NCBI RefSeq assembly: GCF_009914755.1
Contig: NC_060927.1
Source of the DNA: the human T2T-CHM13v2.0 reference genome, Homo sapiens
DNA length: 64,000 nucleotides
Reading direction: 5' to 3' (one strand)
A program made the position numbers and the translations under genes. Shown here piece after piece: positions 1 to 12,239 of the stretch. The notes beneath the pieces were generated by a model, which did no database searches, was not told where the DNA came from, and worked only from the letters and a program-made list of their open reading frames with translations. The number at the start of each line of letters is the position of its first letter. Within the stretch, counting starts at the first letter, position 1.

Positions 1-1185
1 ACTCAAGTTAGGAAGAAATCTTCGGGGATGTTCAGTGTCATAGACAAACGTTTTTCAGTATTTTTTTTCAAGATTATAAAGCATATTGGAAAGCAAGGAG
101 GAAGGGAGAGAGAGAGGAAGGGAAGAAAAGAAGACATGAAATGTCAAACAATATCAACACCCCCCAACTGCTTCTCCTCCAGCTAGAATAACAATTTATG
201 TAAATAATTTTTGAAGATTTGTCTAATTGGGGCAGTTCTAAAAAGTAGGATGGACACTAACATTCAGTTTTGGCCGGTTTGCTATTTTGAAAGGAGACTG
301 CAGCCAACAGGCCCTTAATGAACATTTTTTATACCAAACTAAACTTTTGTAACTTTACGATCTTTAGAAGATGAGAAGCCACACATTCCTCCTGACTCAG
401 CCTATGGTTCTTTCAGCCATTTCCAGCTCCTCACCCTTTTTTTTTTTTTCTTGTTTTCGCTTGGCTTTGTGATGGTCAGAGTCAAAGATTACCTTAGCTG
501 GGGTAATGTGCTATGGCCAGTCTTTGCCACGGGCAACAAAAGTGGGAAACTTCAGCTCCTCAGACATCCCATGCATGGTGGCAAACAGCCCTAAAGCCTC
601 AGCTGTGGATTCCTTTCTCATAGCCCAAGTTAAAAAAGAACAGTGAAGTCATCTGTCATTTTAGTTTCATCTAATATTAGCTTTCCATTCCCAGCTAATT
701 AAGGAGCAATATTTTCTTTAGTCATTCTCCTAGGCATGATTGTATTTAAATAACTTCTCCAGTTTCTTCATGTACTTGTGGAAAATTTTCTCCTTTTCTC
801 TTTATAAGCTAGTAATTTAGTAATCGGCCAATTCTTTAAAAATTGCATGGACTAAAACATCCAAACCCCATCTTTAAAGTTATTCTCAGAAACCAGTAGG
901 TAAACAAATATGGCCAGTGTTTAGTTGCACTAGTTATTAAAAAAAAAAACAAAACCAGCAACGAGGTACTATTAAACAGCACTCCCCCATGAAATTAGCC
1001 AACATCTCTCTCTATCTAAATCTATATTTATCTGTCCACATCAGTGTTATCGATGTACTTTTCCATTTGTTTACGTACATGAATGTAGGAGTATAGAATG
1101 CAGGTATACATATTTAGACATTATAGATGGCAGGGTATATAGGCATTTGTGCGTCAGAGACACTGTCCTTATCCAAAGAGCCCAT

Positions 1186-1345
1186 GAGTGCTTCTCAGAG
1201 ATTAGCCAGATATCAGCTTGTTAAACACAGGTTCCTGGAACCCACCCTAAAGATTCTGGGGTAGGGCCTGAGAATTTGTACTTCTAACAGGCTCCCAGGT
1301 AATGCTGATGCTGCAGATTCAAGAATCATGCGTCAATCAGCCCTG
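1186..1345. mobile_element. MER5A-like hAT-Charlie DNA transposon fossil
   Basis: Typical MER5A text: gggtagggcctgagaatttgtacttctaacaggctcccaggtaatgctgatgctg. Confidence 0.75.
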
Positions 1346-1353
1346 CTTCAGAC

Positions 1354-1533
1354 TAGTGGTTCTCAGGCCTGCTGCACATTAGAATCACCAGAGGAGACCT
1401 TTAAAAAAATACTGATACCTTTGTTGCACTCTAGACAATTAAATCAGCACTTCTGAGACTATTTCTCGGGCTTCAGTAGGTTTTAAAAGCTCCACAGGTG
1501 ATTCTTAAGTACAGTTAAAGTTGAAAGCCATTG
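1354..1533. mobile_element. MER5B-like hAT-Charlie fossil
   Basis: tagtggttctcaggcctgctgcacattagaatcacc...aaaagctccacaggtgattct...gaaagccattg with degenerate TIRs. Confidence 0.75.
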
Positions 1534-1542
1534 CTTTTAGAC

Positions 1543-1729
1543 CAGTGATTCTCAGACTTGGGTGTGAATGAGAATCTCCTGGAGGGTTTGCTCAACAGAA
1601 ATTTCTGGGCCCCAACCCCAGAGGGTCTGATTTAGTAGATGTGTGATTGACCAGAGACCTTGCACTTCTAACAAGTTCCCAGGTGATGTTGATACTTCTG
1701 GTCCAAGGACAACATTTTGAGAGATGCTG
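1543..1729. mobile_element. MER5A hAT-Charlie fossil
   Basis: cagtgattctcagacttg...gaatctcctggagggtttg...cttctaacaagttcccaggtgatg...ttttgagagatgctg. Confidence 0.8.
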
Positions 1730-1744
1730 CTTTAAAATTTAGAT

Positions 1745-2230
1745 TCTCATGATGTGTGATGGCTGACTGAATCATAACACTTCCATGGTGTCACTGCAAA
1801 TTGTCACATTTGGGGAAAATATTGTAGCAATATATATATTAAGAATCATAAACACCTTCATGCCTGTTGATCTAGTAATTCTGCTTTGGGGAATCTATCT
1901 GAAGAAAATAGATACGGAAAGCAGCTATAAGCTTGATGTTCACAGAATTGATTTTTATAATGGTCAAAATATTATAAAGCTTAAAATGTCCGTAAGTAGG
2001 TGATTGGCTTAATAAATCATGGGATATCCCCATAATGGAATAGTCATTAAAAATGATAGCTGCGAAAGTTAGCAACATGGAAAAGCATTTCTGATTTAAA
2101 TCTGAATAAAAAATGTATAAATGTTGTGACTTACAACCATGAAAAAGTATACATAGAAAAAGTATCAGAAGGAAAGAAACTAAAGCAATAAAAGTCATGC
2201 TAAGATGATGGAATTTTTTTTTTCCTTCCA
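1745..2230 (+). mobile_element. Ancient L1ME-type 3' end fragment
   Basis: ttgatctagtaattctgctttggggaatctatctgaagaaaata...aaatgtcc...gattggcttaataaatcatgg resembles L1M ORF2 end/3'UTR. Confidence 0.6.
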
Positions 2231-3379
2231 AATTTTCTTTGACTGTGTTTATCAATTTTATAACTATAATTGCAACTGTATAACAGCACCATATATGATA
2301 TATAACATATATATATAGTTGGCATCAAATTACTCATTACCATTTCTCTTTGTGATAATGTGGCTTTATCTTGGTTTGAAATAAAATTCATAAGAATCCT
2401 GCATTTGCCTGCAGATCCTAATTGCAACTTTTCCTGAGTGACAGCACATGCCCTCTCTACTATGGCTCCTGCTCAGATATTTTCTGAGTGATGCTAATTA
2501 CCCAGAGGTGACACAGAAAGAGCTTAAAGGTTCCTAGTAGGCAGGAAGCAGCCAAAGGCGGGCGGGGGGGTGGGGGTGGGGGAGATGTTGATTTTTTGGT
2601 TTTATGATGAATGATAGAGCATACAATGAAACTCATCTCTATTCACTATGCCTTCAATATCTGAAGGATTTATAAGAAACTCCATTTATATCCTCATTCT
2701 GTACTGTTTCACCAGAAGTTTTGAGAGTTACTTTCCTAAGTCACTGCGTAAGACAATATATAACAGATCAAATCCCAATGACTGGAAATCAAATGACTGG
2801 AAATATTATTTCAGGAGATTGCTCACTGTAAGTAAAATAGATCTAAGACTTAGATGGCCTGGGGCAATCTTACTTTCCAGACCTTTTTATTACTAGATTG
2901 CCTATCATAAACACCCTCTTCAGCTTTGGCCATGCCATCTTTAGGAGTAGACCGTGAGCAGACCTTGAATATCGCACAGAGCTTAAATTGTCAAAAATGT
3001 GTATAATACCACACTTGGTCTTTAAGCATTCCTTAATGCTAGATTCTTTTCATTGTACCAATCATTTTTATAGTTTATTTTCTAAGCTGTTGACACTGAT
3101 ACAATGTTCAGAAATAGGTTGTCCTTGGAACTCAGATGGTTTTTATATATCTTCAAAGTGTTTTCTGTATTTTGGAGGGTATATTTTCTATTATTATTTT
3201 TAGTAGAAACGTGTTGATTTATAAACAAACTTTACCAATTTACTTGCTGACTGTTGTTTCTTTTATTCCACTCCTACATCGCAGGATAGTTTTACGTTAC
3301 CCTTTCAGAATAATTTCTCTTCTTGCCAAAGATATCTGTGGATATTAATTCTCTTATGCACCTACAAATGTCATTATTT

Positions 3380-4090
3380 CCACCCTTTCTAATTAATTAG
3401 AGTAGAGAATTCTAGATTTTCCCTTCATACTTTGAAGATATTCTCTACTGTCTTTTGACTCCCTCGCTGCTGCAGCGAAGTTTGCTGCCAACTGATTGTC
3501 ATTCCTTATGGATAATCTTTTCTTTCCTTCTCCAGAAAGGCAAGAAAAGAAAATCTCTTTTTTCTTGATATTCTTCAATTTTACTACAGAATGTATGAAA
3601 GCATATTACATTTTATCTTTTTGTTCTTGTTGCATGTCTTTTTCCATCTGAAGACTTACATTTTTCTCTAATTCTAAAAAAATCCTTAGCTGTTATTCCT
3701 TCTGAAAGTTCTATTAGACATATCTGGAAACTTCTCATTAAATCCTATATGTATCTTAATTCTTTCATAATTTTCCTCCATTTATATTTCTTTACTCCAT
3801 GATCTGAGAGTTTCTCAGTTGTAGCTTTTAACTCATTAAAATGTTATCTCATAACATTTATGTTCAATCAACTCCTCTGAGAATTTTTAAAAAATTGCAG
3901 TGACTATCCTTTTTCATTTTTAAAACTTATAATTCTTGTTTTTTAATATTGGCCAGTTCTAGTTTTGTATTCTCTTGTTCTTGTTTCATACGCTCCTATG
4001 CTTGTTTTATGGTTGCCATCTTCCAGATTTCTCTAAAGATTTTAAGCAATTTTCTGATTGCTCAAATATTTCTCTGCCCTTGAATGTGAC
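3380..4090 (-). mobile_element. Ancient L1M/HAL1 ORF1-region remnant
   Basis: T-rich stretch with actttgaagatattctctactgtctt...aagtttgctgccaactgattgtcattcctt, typical of antisense old L1 ORF1. Confidence 0.5.
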
Positions 4091-4852
4091 ATTTCCTTTT
4101 GGTTAGAGTTTTTAACCTATATTATATGATTAAAAATAGCTTTGAAAATTATTCTCTCAAGGTGCAAATGGGTGGATTAAAAACATTATTCTCCACTTAA
4201 AAAATTAATGTACACAGGAGCACAGAGATAAATACAAATATTCATCTTTCCATCACTAAAAATAACAGTAAAATTTTGTCATAAATATTTCAAATCATTT
4301 TTAGAGAAGTGGATCATTAAGAATATATCTAAAATATAATTTTATTTATCTTTAACTTCATTCTTTTTGCTTCAAATATTTGATCAATCAAAAATTGTTT
4401 AAAATCTCTAACGAAATCAAGAAGATAGCAACTTTCTTAGAAAGGCTGATCTTTATCCTAAAGTTGGGGATAATATTTCTTATCCACATTTATCCATATT
4501 TGTACACATATATTACACAGAAATTTATTCATAATTTTGTTTCTCAAAATTTACAAATGTGATTTATTGTGTGCATTATTTTGTAGTATTTTTTTTTCTT
4601 AGCCATGTTATTGAGATAAATGATAATGCATATGTCATACATTCTTGTACATATCTCACCATAAATATGTCTGAGACTCTCTCAAGACAACGTATTTGAA
4701 ATAGAATTGCTGAGTCATAAGCTGTGAACATTGTCAGCTTTACTAGATATTGGCAAGTTGTTAGCCAAGCGATTGCCCCAATTTATACCCTCTTCCACCA
4801 GCAATATAGAATTGCCATTATTTATGTTGTCATTGATACTTGCATTGCTGAT

Positions 4853-6075
4853 TTTAATTTTATCAGCTTTATTGAGGAGCAATTTACATACAATAAAATT
4901 CACTAATTTTAATGTACGATTCTATGAGTTTTAACAAATGTATACAGTCATGTAACCACCACCACAATTAAGATAGAAAGCAGGCCAGGCACAGTGACTC
5001 ATGCCCATAATCCCAGCACTTCAGGAGGCTGAAGCAGGTGGATCACTTGAGCCCAGGCATTCAAGACTAGCCTGGCAACATGGCGAAATCCCATCTCAAC
5101 AAAAGCAAAAGAAATTAGTCAGGTGTGGTGGCGCATGCTTGTAGTCCCAGCTACTCTGGAAGCTGAAGTGGGAGGATCACTTGAGCCCAGGAAGTCAAGG
5201 CTGCAGTGAGCTGTGATTATAAAACTTCACTCCAGCCTGGGCAACAGAGCAAGACCCTGTCTCAAACAAAACAAAACAAAACAAACAGAACATTTTCTAT
5301 CACTCCAGTAAGTTCCCCTCATCCCTTTTCGTGGTCAATTCCCTTTCCCATTCCTGGACCCTAGCAACCACTGGTCTGCTTGAGTCATCAGAGTTTTCCC
5401 TTTGTTGGAATTTTGCTTGCTTAATGCTCTTGAGATTCATTCAGGTTGTTTCGTATATCAATAGTTTGTTTCTTTTTATTACTAATTAGTATTTCATATA
5501 GATACTCTACAATATGCTTATTGATCAACACTGATGGAAATTTGGTTTGGTTCCAGTTTGGGGCTACTATGAATAGAGCTTCTATTTACCTTACAAGTCC
5601 TTGTATGCACTAGATAAATGTTTAGAGCTGGAACTACTAAGTTGCATGGTAAGTATTTAGTGTATCAGAAACTGACAAGCTGTTTTCTATTATGGCTGTA
5701 CCATTTTACATTCCTACCATCAATGTATGGGAGTTCCAGTTGTTCCACATCTTTGTTGACACTTGAAATTGGTCAGTCTTCTTAATTTTAGCAATTTTAG
5801 TTGGTGTATGTATTTCCCTAACGAATGATGCTGTTGAACATCTTTTCATGTGCTTATTTGCCTTTAATATAAGCTCTCTGGTGAAGTTTCTTTTCAAATC
5901 TTTTGTCCATGTTTAACCAAACTGCTTGTTTTCTTAATATTCAGTTGTAGAAGTTCTTTATATATTATGCATAAAAGTCTTTAATAAGATACATGTTTTA
6001 CAAATATCTTCTCCCAGTCTCTGGTTTGCTTTTTCACTTGTTTACAGTACCTTTTTAAAAAGCTAAAGTTGTTTT
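4853..6075 (-). mobile_element. L1MB/L1ME-type 3' end, interrupted by an AluJ
   Basis: cagctttattgagg...tttacatacaataaaattcac...catgtaaccaccaccacaat; resumes after the Alu with cagaacatttt...ttccagttgttccacatc...gatgctgttgaacatcttttcatgtgcttatttgcc. Confidence 0.85.
4983..5286 (+). mobile_element. AluJ, full length
   Basis: Dimeric Alu with J-type gatcacttgagcccagg in both arms and (CAAAA)n tail. Confidence 0.93.
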
Positions 6076-6345
6076 TAATTTTTCTAGTTTTAGTTTGTTA
6101 TTATTTTACTGTTGTCTATTTTATTTTTTAAAATATCTTTTCCCTTAGAAATTGATATACCCATTTTAGAATACTGATATAGAATGAACAGGTTTTTAAA
6201 ACCCAATATTTAATTATTAAATACATATCTTACTACACTTAACAGTGATACATATTTAAAAGCAACACTAGATTTTGAAATGGTTTGTGGGTCTTGGAGG
6301 TGAAAGTAAAATTTAACTCTTCAGTAATAGCACTGTTTTCTAGGA

Positions 6346-6626
6346 CAGTGTTTTTAGTAGAAATAGAATGCAAGCCACACATATAATTTTAAATTTCCTA
6401 GTAGCTACATTAAAAAATTAAACAGGTAAAATTGATTTTAGTAATATATTTTATTTGACACAACATATAAAAAATGCTATGATTTCAACATGTACTCAAT
6501 GCGAAAATTAATGAGATACTTTATTTCTTTCATATACTCCAGTTAAAAAATTTTTAATGTGGCACTAGCTGCATTTCAAGTGTTCAGTAGCACATGTAGC
6601 TGGGGGAGGGTACCATATTGACCAGG
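6346..6626. mobile_element. MER33-like hAT-Charlie fossil
   Basis: aatgcaagccacacatataattttaaatttcctagtagctacatt...catttcaagtgttcagtagcacatgtagct...accatattgac. Confidence 0.7.
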
Positions 6627-7109
6627 GAAGTTCTAGAGAAAAGGCAAACTTTATTTCAATTGAATAAGCTCTTACAGCATCCACAATACTGTACAAAGTG
6701 GTGATAAAATATATGAGATTCAACTGTGTGGCCAGGAGAATATAAAAAGCTAATTTCATCTTTGAAGATTTCCTGGAAACACTACTAGGTAGTTCAGTAA
6801 AGCTGTATTTGATTGTTACATGCTAGAAAGTGGATGTTGATCCCAAAAGATCCTGCTAGTAACACTTTTATCATTAAATAGAAAGCAGTGGGGAGGCTTT
6901 GGGCTAGAAAATCCACATCCAAGTTTCTTTTTCCAGGCCAAAGAATTAATAGTTGAGCAATATTATTGTTTAATAATCCATATCAATGGGGATCTTTTTG
7001 AATTGCCTTCCTTGGTTTGATTATCACAAAATTCCCACACAATATAAGAAACTGGGTGTGCCCTCTTCTTTCCTCACCCTGCTCAACAATCCTTATATAA
7101 AGATTTCCT

Positions 7110-7560
7110 GGGTGACTGCATGCCTATTAGAATGACTGACAACAAACAATAACTGACAACGCCATGTGCTGACAAGGACTTGAAGCAACTGAGACTCTTT
7201 GCTGGTGGAAAAAGACAATGGCACAGCCACTCTGGAAAAGTGTGGCAGTTTCTTATAAAGAAACAAAGTTAAAAAGTTAGTTTGTTAAACATATATTTAT
7301 CACATGACCCAGCAATCCCACTCAGGTATTTCCTGAGGTGAGATGGAAACCGAAATTCACACAGCTCAGGGATTGCTAAGGACCAGAGCTGGAGGGAAGC
7401 ATTGACTATGAGGAAGCACAGGGGAATTTTTTGAGGTGGTAGAACTCTACCTTGATTGCACTGGTGGTTGCATGATTGTAGCATTCGTCAAAATGCATAC
7501 ATCTGTACACTGAAAAGAATAACCGTTATTTTAGATGTTATTCAATTTTTAAAGAAGTTT
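7110..7560 (+). mobile_element. Old L1M (MB/ME-type) 3' end fragment
   Basis: gctggtgg...cagccactctggaaaagtgtggcagtttcttataaag...catgacccagcaatcccactcaggtattt. Confidence 0.75.
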
Positions 7561-8494
7561 TAAAAATGTATTGGGTAATTAGTGAATGCTAGGACCAAAA
7601 GAGGGGAGGGAGAAAGTATGAAAATAAATACAGTACCAATTTATACAAGTAATAGGATTTGACCTGAAAATCAGTGTTGCCTCAATTTAGTTCAACTCAA
7701 TAAATTCACATTTGGGTGCCTACCCTGTGTCAGGGATAGATAGTGAATAAGACACAGCTGGCTGCTAACTTCAAGAAGCAATGTTCATTTTTGTGAGACA
7801 TATGCAGGCATATGATGAACATTTTTATAACTCGCTCTTCTCTGAAGCAAAGCAAATATAGTTCTAAGAATGTTTGCTGCTTGAAAGCAAATCCAAGAAT
7901 GTTGTTCAGAAGGATACCACATAGTAGAAACTTTTAAAGATTTCTTTATTTCTATGCTTTCTCATATCTGGGATGCCATTATTCTCAGAGTGAATTCCCT
8001 GAAAGGTAGGTGACATGAAGTAAAAGAATGGCTTGCTACTAGCAGCAATAGAAAGGAAACTATCATGGGATGAGGATGTGCTAAGATATATTGCACATCT
8101 TGGTGTTGATGGTTCCGTATAGGCTTCGACTTGACTGACAACCACTTAATCTTGGGTGAATGACTTGTTACCCAGTAATGAAACCACTTACTCTGACAAC
8201 TGAAGGCATTGCAGTCCTTCGATCAGCCCAGAAGTCATTCCTGATGGGAATACAGTGGGAGTCCTGGTATAGGTGAATATTCAGACAGCTGCAAAAGTGT
8301 TATTTTCTCAGAATGCAACATCCTCTGTGTAGCTTGAGCTTATACACATACATACTATACCAACACTGTTTTTCTTTCCATGCCCCTCATGTTGCACCCT
8401 TGCGTTGTATGCTTTCTCACCTTTTCACTGTGTTCTGCTCTATTGGAAGGAAGTGGGCTGGTTAGTTAGCCAGGTAGATAACAGCAGCTATGTT

Positions 8495-8690
8495 TGCCTA
8501 GCATTTAATAGCTTTAGAGTACATTAACCCTCAAACAGCTCTATACAGTGGACAGGGGAAGTGTTATTATCTCAGTTGTAGGAGAAAACAGGAGGTCCAG
8601 AGGGGTCATAAGTTGTCCAAGTTGCTCAACAGGAAAAAGATACAATCAGTTCTCAAGTTTGAGTCTTCTGATCAGGGCACTTACCCCTGC
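8495..8690 (-). mobile_element. MIR SINE
   Basis: attattatctcagttgtaggagaaaacaggaggtccagagggg...tgtccaagtt resembles MIR core. Confidence 0.5.
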
Positions 8691-10809
8691 ACGATGATGC
8701 CTCATTATTGATTTTGATTTTGATTTCAGATGCTGTGGGTGCTGACATATCTTTGTGTGTGTGTGCGCACATGCATATAATTATGCTAGAAAAAAATATA
8801 TTTTGGAATAAACCTACATGTTATCTGTCCTCCACACTGGAGGACAGGCAACAGACACCACACTCTCTAGCACAATGTCCGTGAACAGGAGTTATGCAAA
8901 CTGGTGTTAAATAAAGGAATCCTTCCTTCTTTTATTCAAACGCTAATCATTGCCCTCATGTCATTTGATATTTTAATATGCAGTTTGGATGCTAGACATG
9001 GAACCAGGGACAGTAGGATGGTAGCTCCCTGGTCTTCTGTGTTTAAGAGGTTAATAGTTTGGGACTATTTAACAGTTCACTTAATAGTTTGGAACTATTG
9101 GTTTTGAACTGTTTTTCATGGTCAGAGGTTCTCACCTCTGCATCTACTTACAGCAGCAGTGACCCTGGAAGCTTTATATCCACCCTGATTCTTCTTGATT
9201 TCAAGGACTTTCCAGGAACCTATCAAACTGGTAAAGGGTTGAAGGACTGGTAGCAATATTGATCTTACCAACATAAGTAGTAGTTACCATGATGCAGTTA
9301 CTTTAGGGAAAATAAAAAGGCTCTCAAAAGTGTGAATCATCTTCTCACTGGAATCTATTATGTCTCATATTTTTTCTTCTTGGATTAAAATATCTATCAT
9401 AGATGTGGGGAAAAATTATGTGAGACATTAGGCCAGTATCAGTTTTACTTAAGCACATTTCTATGAAAAGAGACTGACAATAGCTATAAAAATACGTACC
9501 ATTTATTAAGCATTTAATAAGAATCAACCTTTAATACATTATTTTCTTTACTCCACAACAACCTTCTGAGGAAGTTTTGAATGAGAGACTGAGACTTAGA
9601 GGTTAAATAACATTCAGTCAAAAAGTGGAAGAGCCCAATTCAAATTCAGACCTGCCATGGCCATGACTCTGTGATCAAGACACAGACATTTTTCTCAAGT
9701 AGATTAAGATATACAAGGGGCTCTGAGAAAAGACTAAGCATGTGGAGAAATAGCAGTTCATGGCAGGTGAAATGGGAGCCACAAGAGGAGGGTGAGCATA
9801 TGTGCTTTTAGATTTTAGAAGAAGCAAAGCTTTCACTTGGTAGAAGGCGCTAGGGCAGAAGAGGCTTTGTGAAGGTCGTGGGACCTGAGGTGGGGTTGGA
9901 AGGAAAGGTAGTATTCCTGTAATAGACAGGCATGTTTATCTGTAGCCTATAAATATAAATATGCTTAAATGGAACATTGATTCTGCATTATCAGCAGAGA
10001 ACAACACATGCAAATTTTGGCTCTTGAGGTTTTATTTGAAATCATTTCTTGACTCATGGGTCAAAACTCAGGACATTTCTCTCTCTCTCTCTTTCTGTCT
10101 CTCTCTGTCACACACACATATACACACTCCTAGTGATTGTGTGCACACATAGGCAAATAGTATAATTAATATGATTTTTAAAATTATCTGCCTCAGGATG
10201 TCCTTTTTCTTAGAAACACTAAAAAGCAAAGTGGCATGATATCTGCCATTTAAAAATGATTCAGCAGAAAGTGTATATTTATATATGTTTAAACATTGTA
10301 TATAGACTGCTCTTTAAAAAGAGTATAGTAAATGGATGAATAGATAGATGATTGATAAATAGGTGAATAATTGGATGGAGAGAGATAGGGCAGGAGAGAG
10401 AGTGAAAACAAAAACATGTAGTATGTTAACTAATAAATATAGATTCTAAATGAAGGATATATGGGTATTCATTATACTATGTTTTAACTTTTCTTTGTTT
10501 AAATTTTCCATTAAAAAGTTGAGAGAAACATGGGAAATTCAGAAATGGCAAAATAAGTAAATAAAAACAACCCATAACTCTATCTGATATAGCCACATTA
10601 ATACACTACAACATTTGGATGCATTTCCTTCTAGTCTTTTTTCTAGATATATGTTTTTAAAATTTACAACATTTTGTCATCAAGTTATATGTCCAGCTCT
10701 GTAACCTGCTGTTTTTCACTTAGCACTGTGGCACAAGCATTTTATCACATCAATAAAAGCCCTCAATGAAAAAATATATTCTTGATTAAACGTACATGTT
10801 GTCTTCTCC

Positions 10810-12220
10810 TCTTCCCTTCATAGCTAAGTATCTTCAAGAGTAGCTGCTACTTTCTCAACTTCCATTCACTTTCCTACCCACTAAGATCTGCATCATCCCC
10901 ACTTCTCCATGGAACCTGCCTGGGCAATGGAAACGAACACCATGTCTGGTGGACATGTTTCAGTCCACCTCTTGCTGTTGCCTTGATTTCCTTCTTGAGA
11001 TTTCCTGCCTTCTTGGCACCACTCTCTCCTGCTGCCTTTCCTGCCTCAGTAGGATTCTTTTAAGCAATTTCACAGGCCTCTCTTCCTCTCCATTTCTTAA
11101 GCACTATGCTCCTTAGTGCTCTGTTCTTAGTTTGTGCTCTACTTTTGCTGGCATTCTCACTGGGCAGGAAGTCTAGCCATTCACTTGGTTTTAACTTGTT
11201 AAAACCAAGTGAGTGGCTAGACTTCCTGCCCAGTGAGAATGACTTCTGAATCTACCTCTTTATCCCTGAGTTGTCACCTGAACTGAACTTTAGGCTCAGA
11301 ATCTCATGGCTGACTGGGAAATCCACCAGGGATTTCCACAGTCCTCTCAAGGCAAAATGCAAAAACTGAACTCATCATTGCCATCTCCTTCTCAGCTTCC
11401 CCATTCCACTCAGGCACCCTTGCTTCCCTGAGTTACCTATCACAGTGAATTGCTTCATCTACCCAGATTCCTGAGCTGGAAGCATAGAGTCCTTCTAGAA
11501 TCCTTCCACATCCATAAAAACCAAGTTGTGTTGACTTTCTCTTTTCCACCTCTCTAATCTGTCCAATTCTGTGTTCCTATTGTGACTGCCCTGGCTTAGG
11601 CTCTCATCAACTCTTTCTGAATTCTTGCACCATCTCCAAACTGATGTTCCTTACTTGTGCTTGGTCCATTGTCATGCAGCCACTAGAGTGAACAATTTAA
11701 TAAGAATTCAATCATGCCATTCCCCTCTTAAATTCCTTTAAAGTGTCTCTCTTATCTTTCCTATAAGACAAAGTCCCAGCCTCTTAACATGCATCACCAA
11801 GCTTTATGTGACTTGACCCCTGCACACTGGCCTTGTTTCCTCTACATTTGCTTTAACTGTACGCCTCATTATATACATGCATGTAGCTCAACAAATGCCT
11901 TACCTCAGTTTCCTTGCTGTTTTTTCCTTTTTAAAAATATTCTCTCCCTACTTCTTGGCTTGGCTATTCCTACTAATTCTTACCAACAAAATTATACTTT
12001 TTTTAAAAAAAACAGGAAAGCCTCTCTATACCCCCAATGACAGCTGTGCCCCAACAGCACTCTTTACTCACCATGGTGGGTAGAAGTGATTTGTTTTCAA
12101 GCCTGTCTCTTTCTCCACATGGGAGCTCTGAAACTAGGAAATCTATCTCATTCACCTTTACATGTGGAGTTCTGCACCTTACTTGGTCCTTGGCAAGAAC
12201 TCAGCAAATATTTAATGAAT
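10810..12220 (+). mobile_element. L2 LINE 3' portion (hosts the 90-bp palindrome)
   Basis: aaaactgaactcatcatt, gcagccactagagtga, agacaaagtcccagcctcttaacatg; ends ctcagcaaatatttaatgaat like the L2 terminus. Confidence 0.75.
11152..11241. repeat. Near-perfect inverted repeat: 44-bp arms, 2-nt loop, 1 mismatch
   Basis: 11152-11195 is the reverse complement of 11198-11241 except T11180 opposite G11213. Confidence 0.97.
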
Positions 12221-12239
12221 TACATGTCTATCTAAGTAG

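Noticed and set aside
1872-2255. 127-aa hydrophobic ORF, and the 125-aa and 128-aa ORFs at 25602 and 52140
   Set aside because: They lie within L1 or MIR sequence; the composition reflects T-rich antisense repeat DNA.
2777-2804. aatgactggaaat repeated with a 15-bp period
   Set aside because: Ordinary micro-duplication with no other support.
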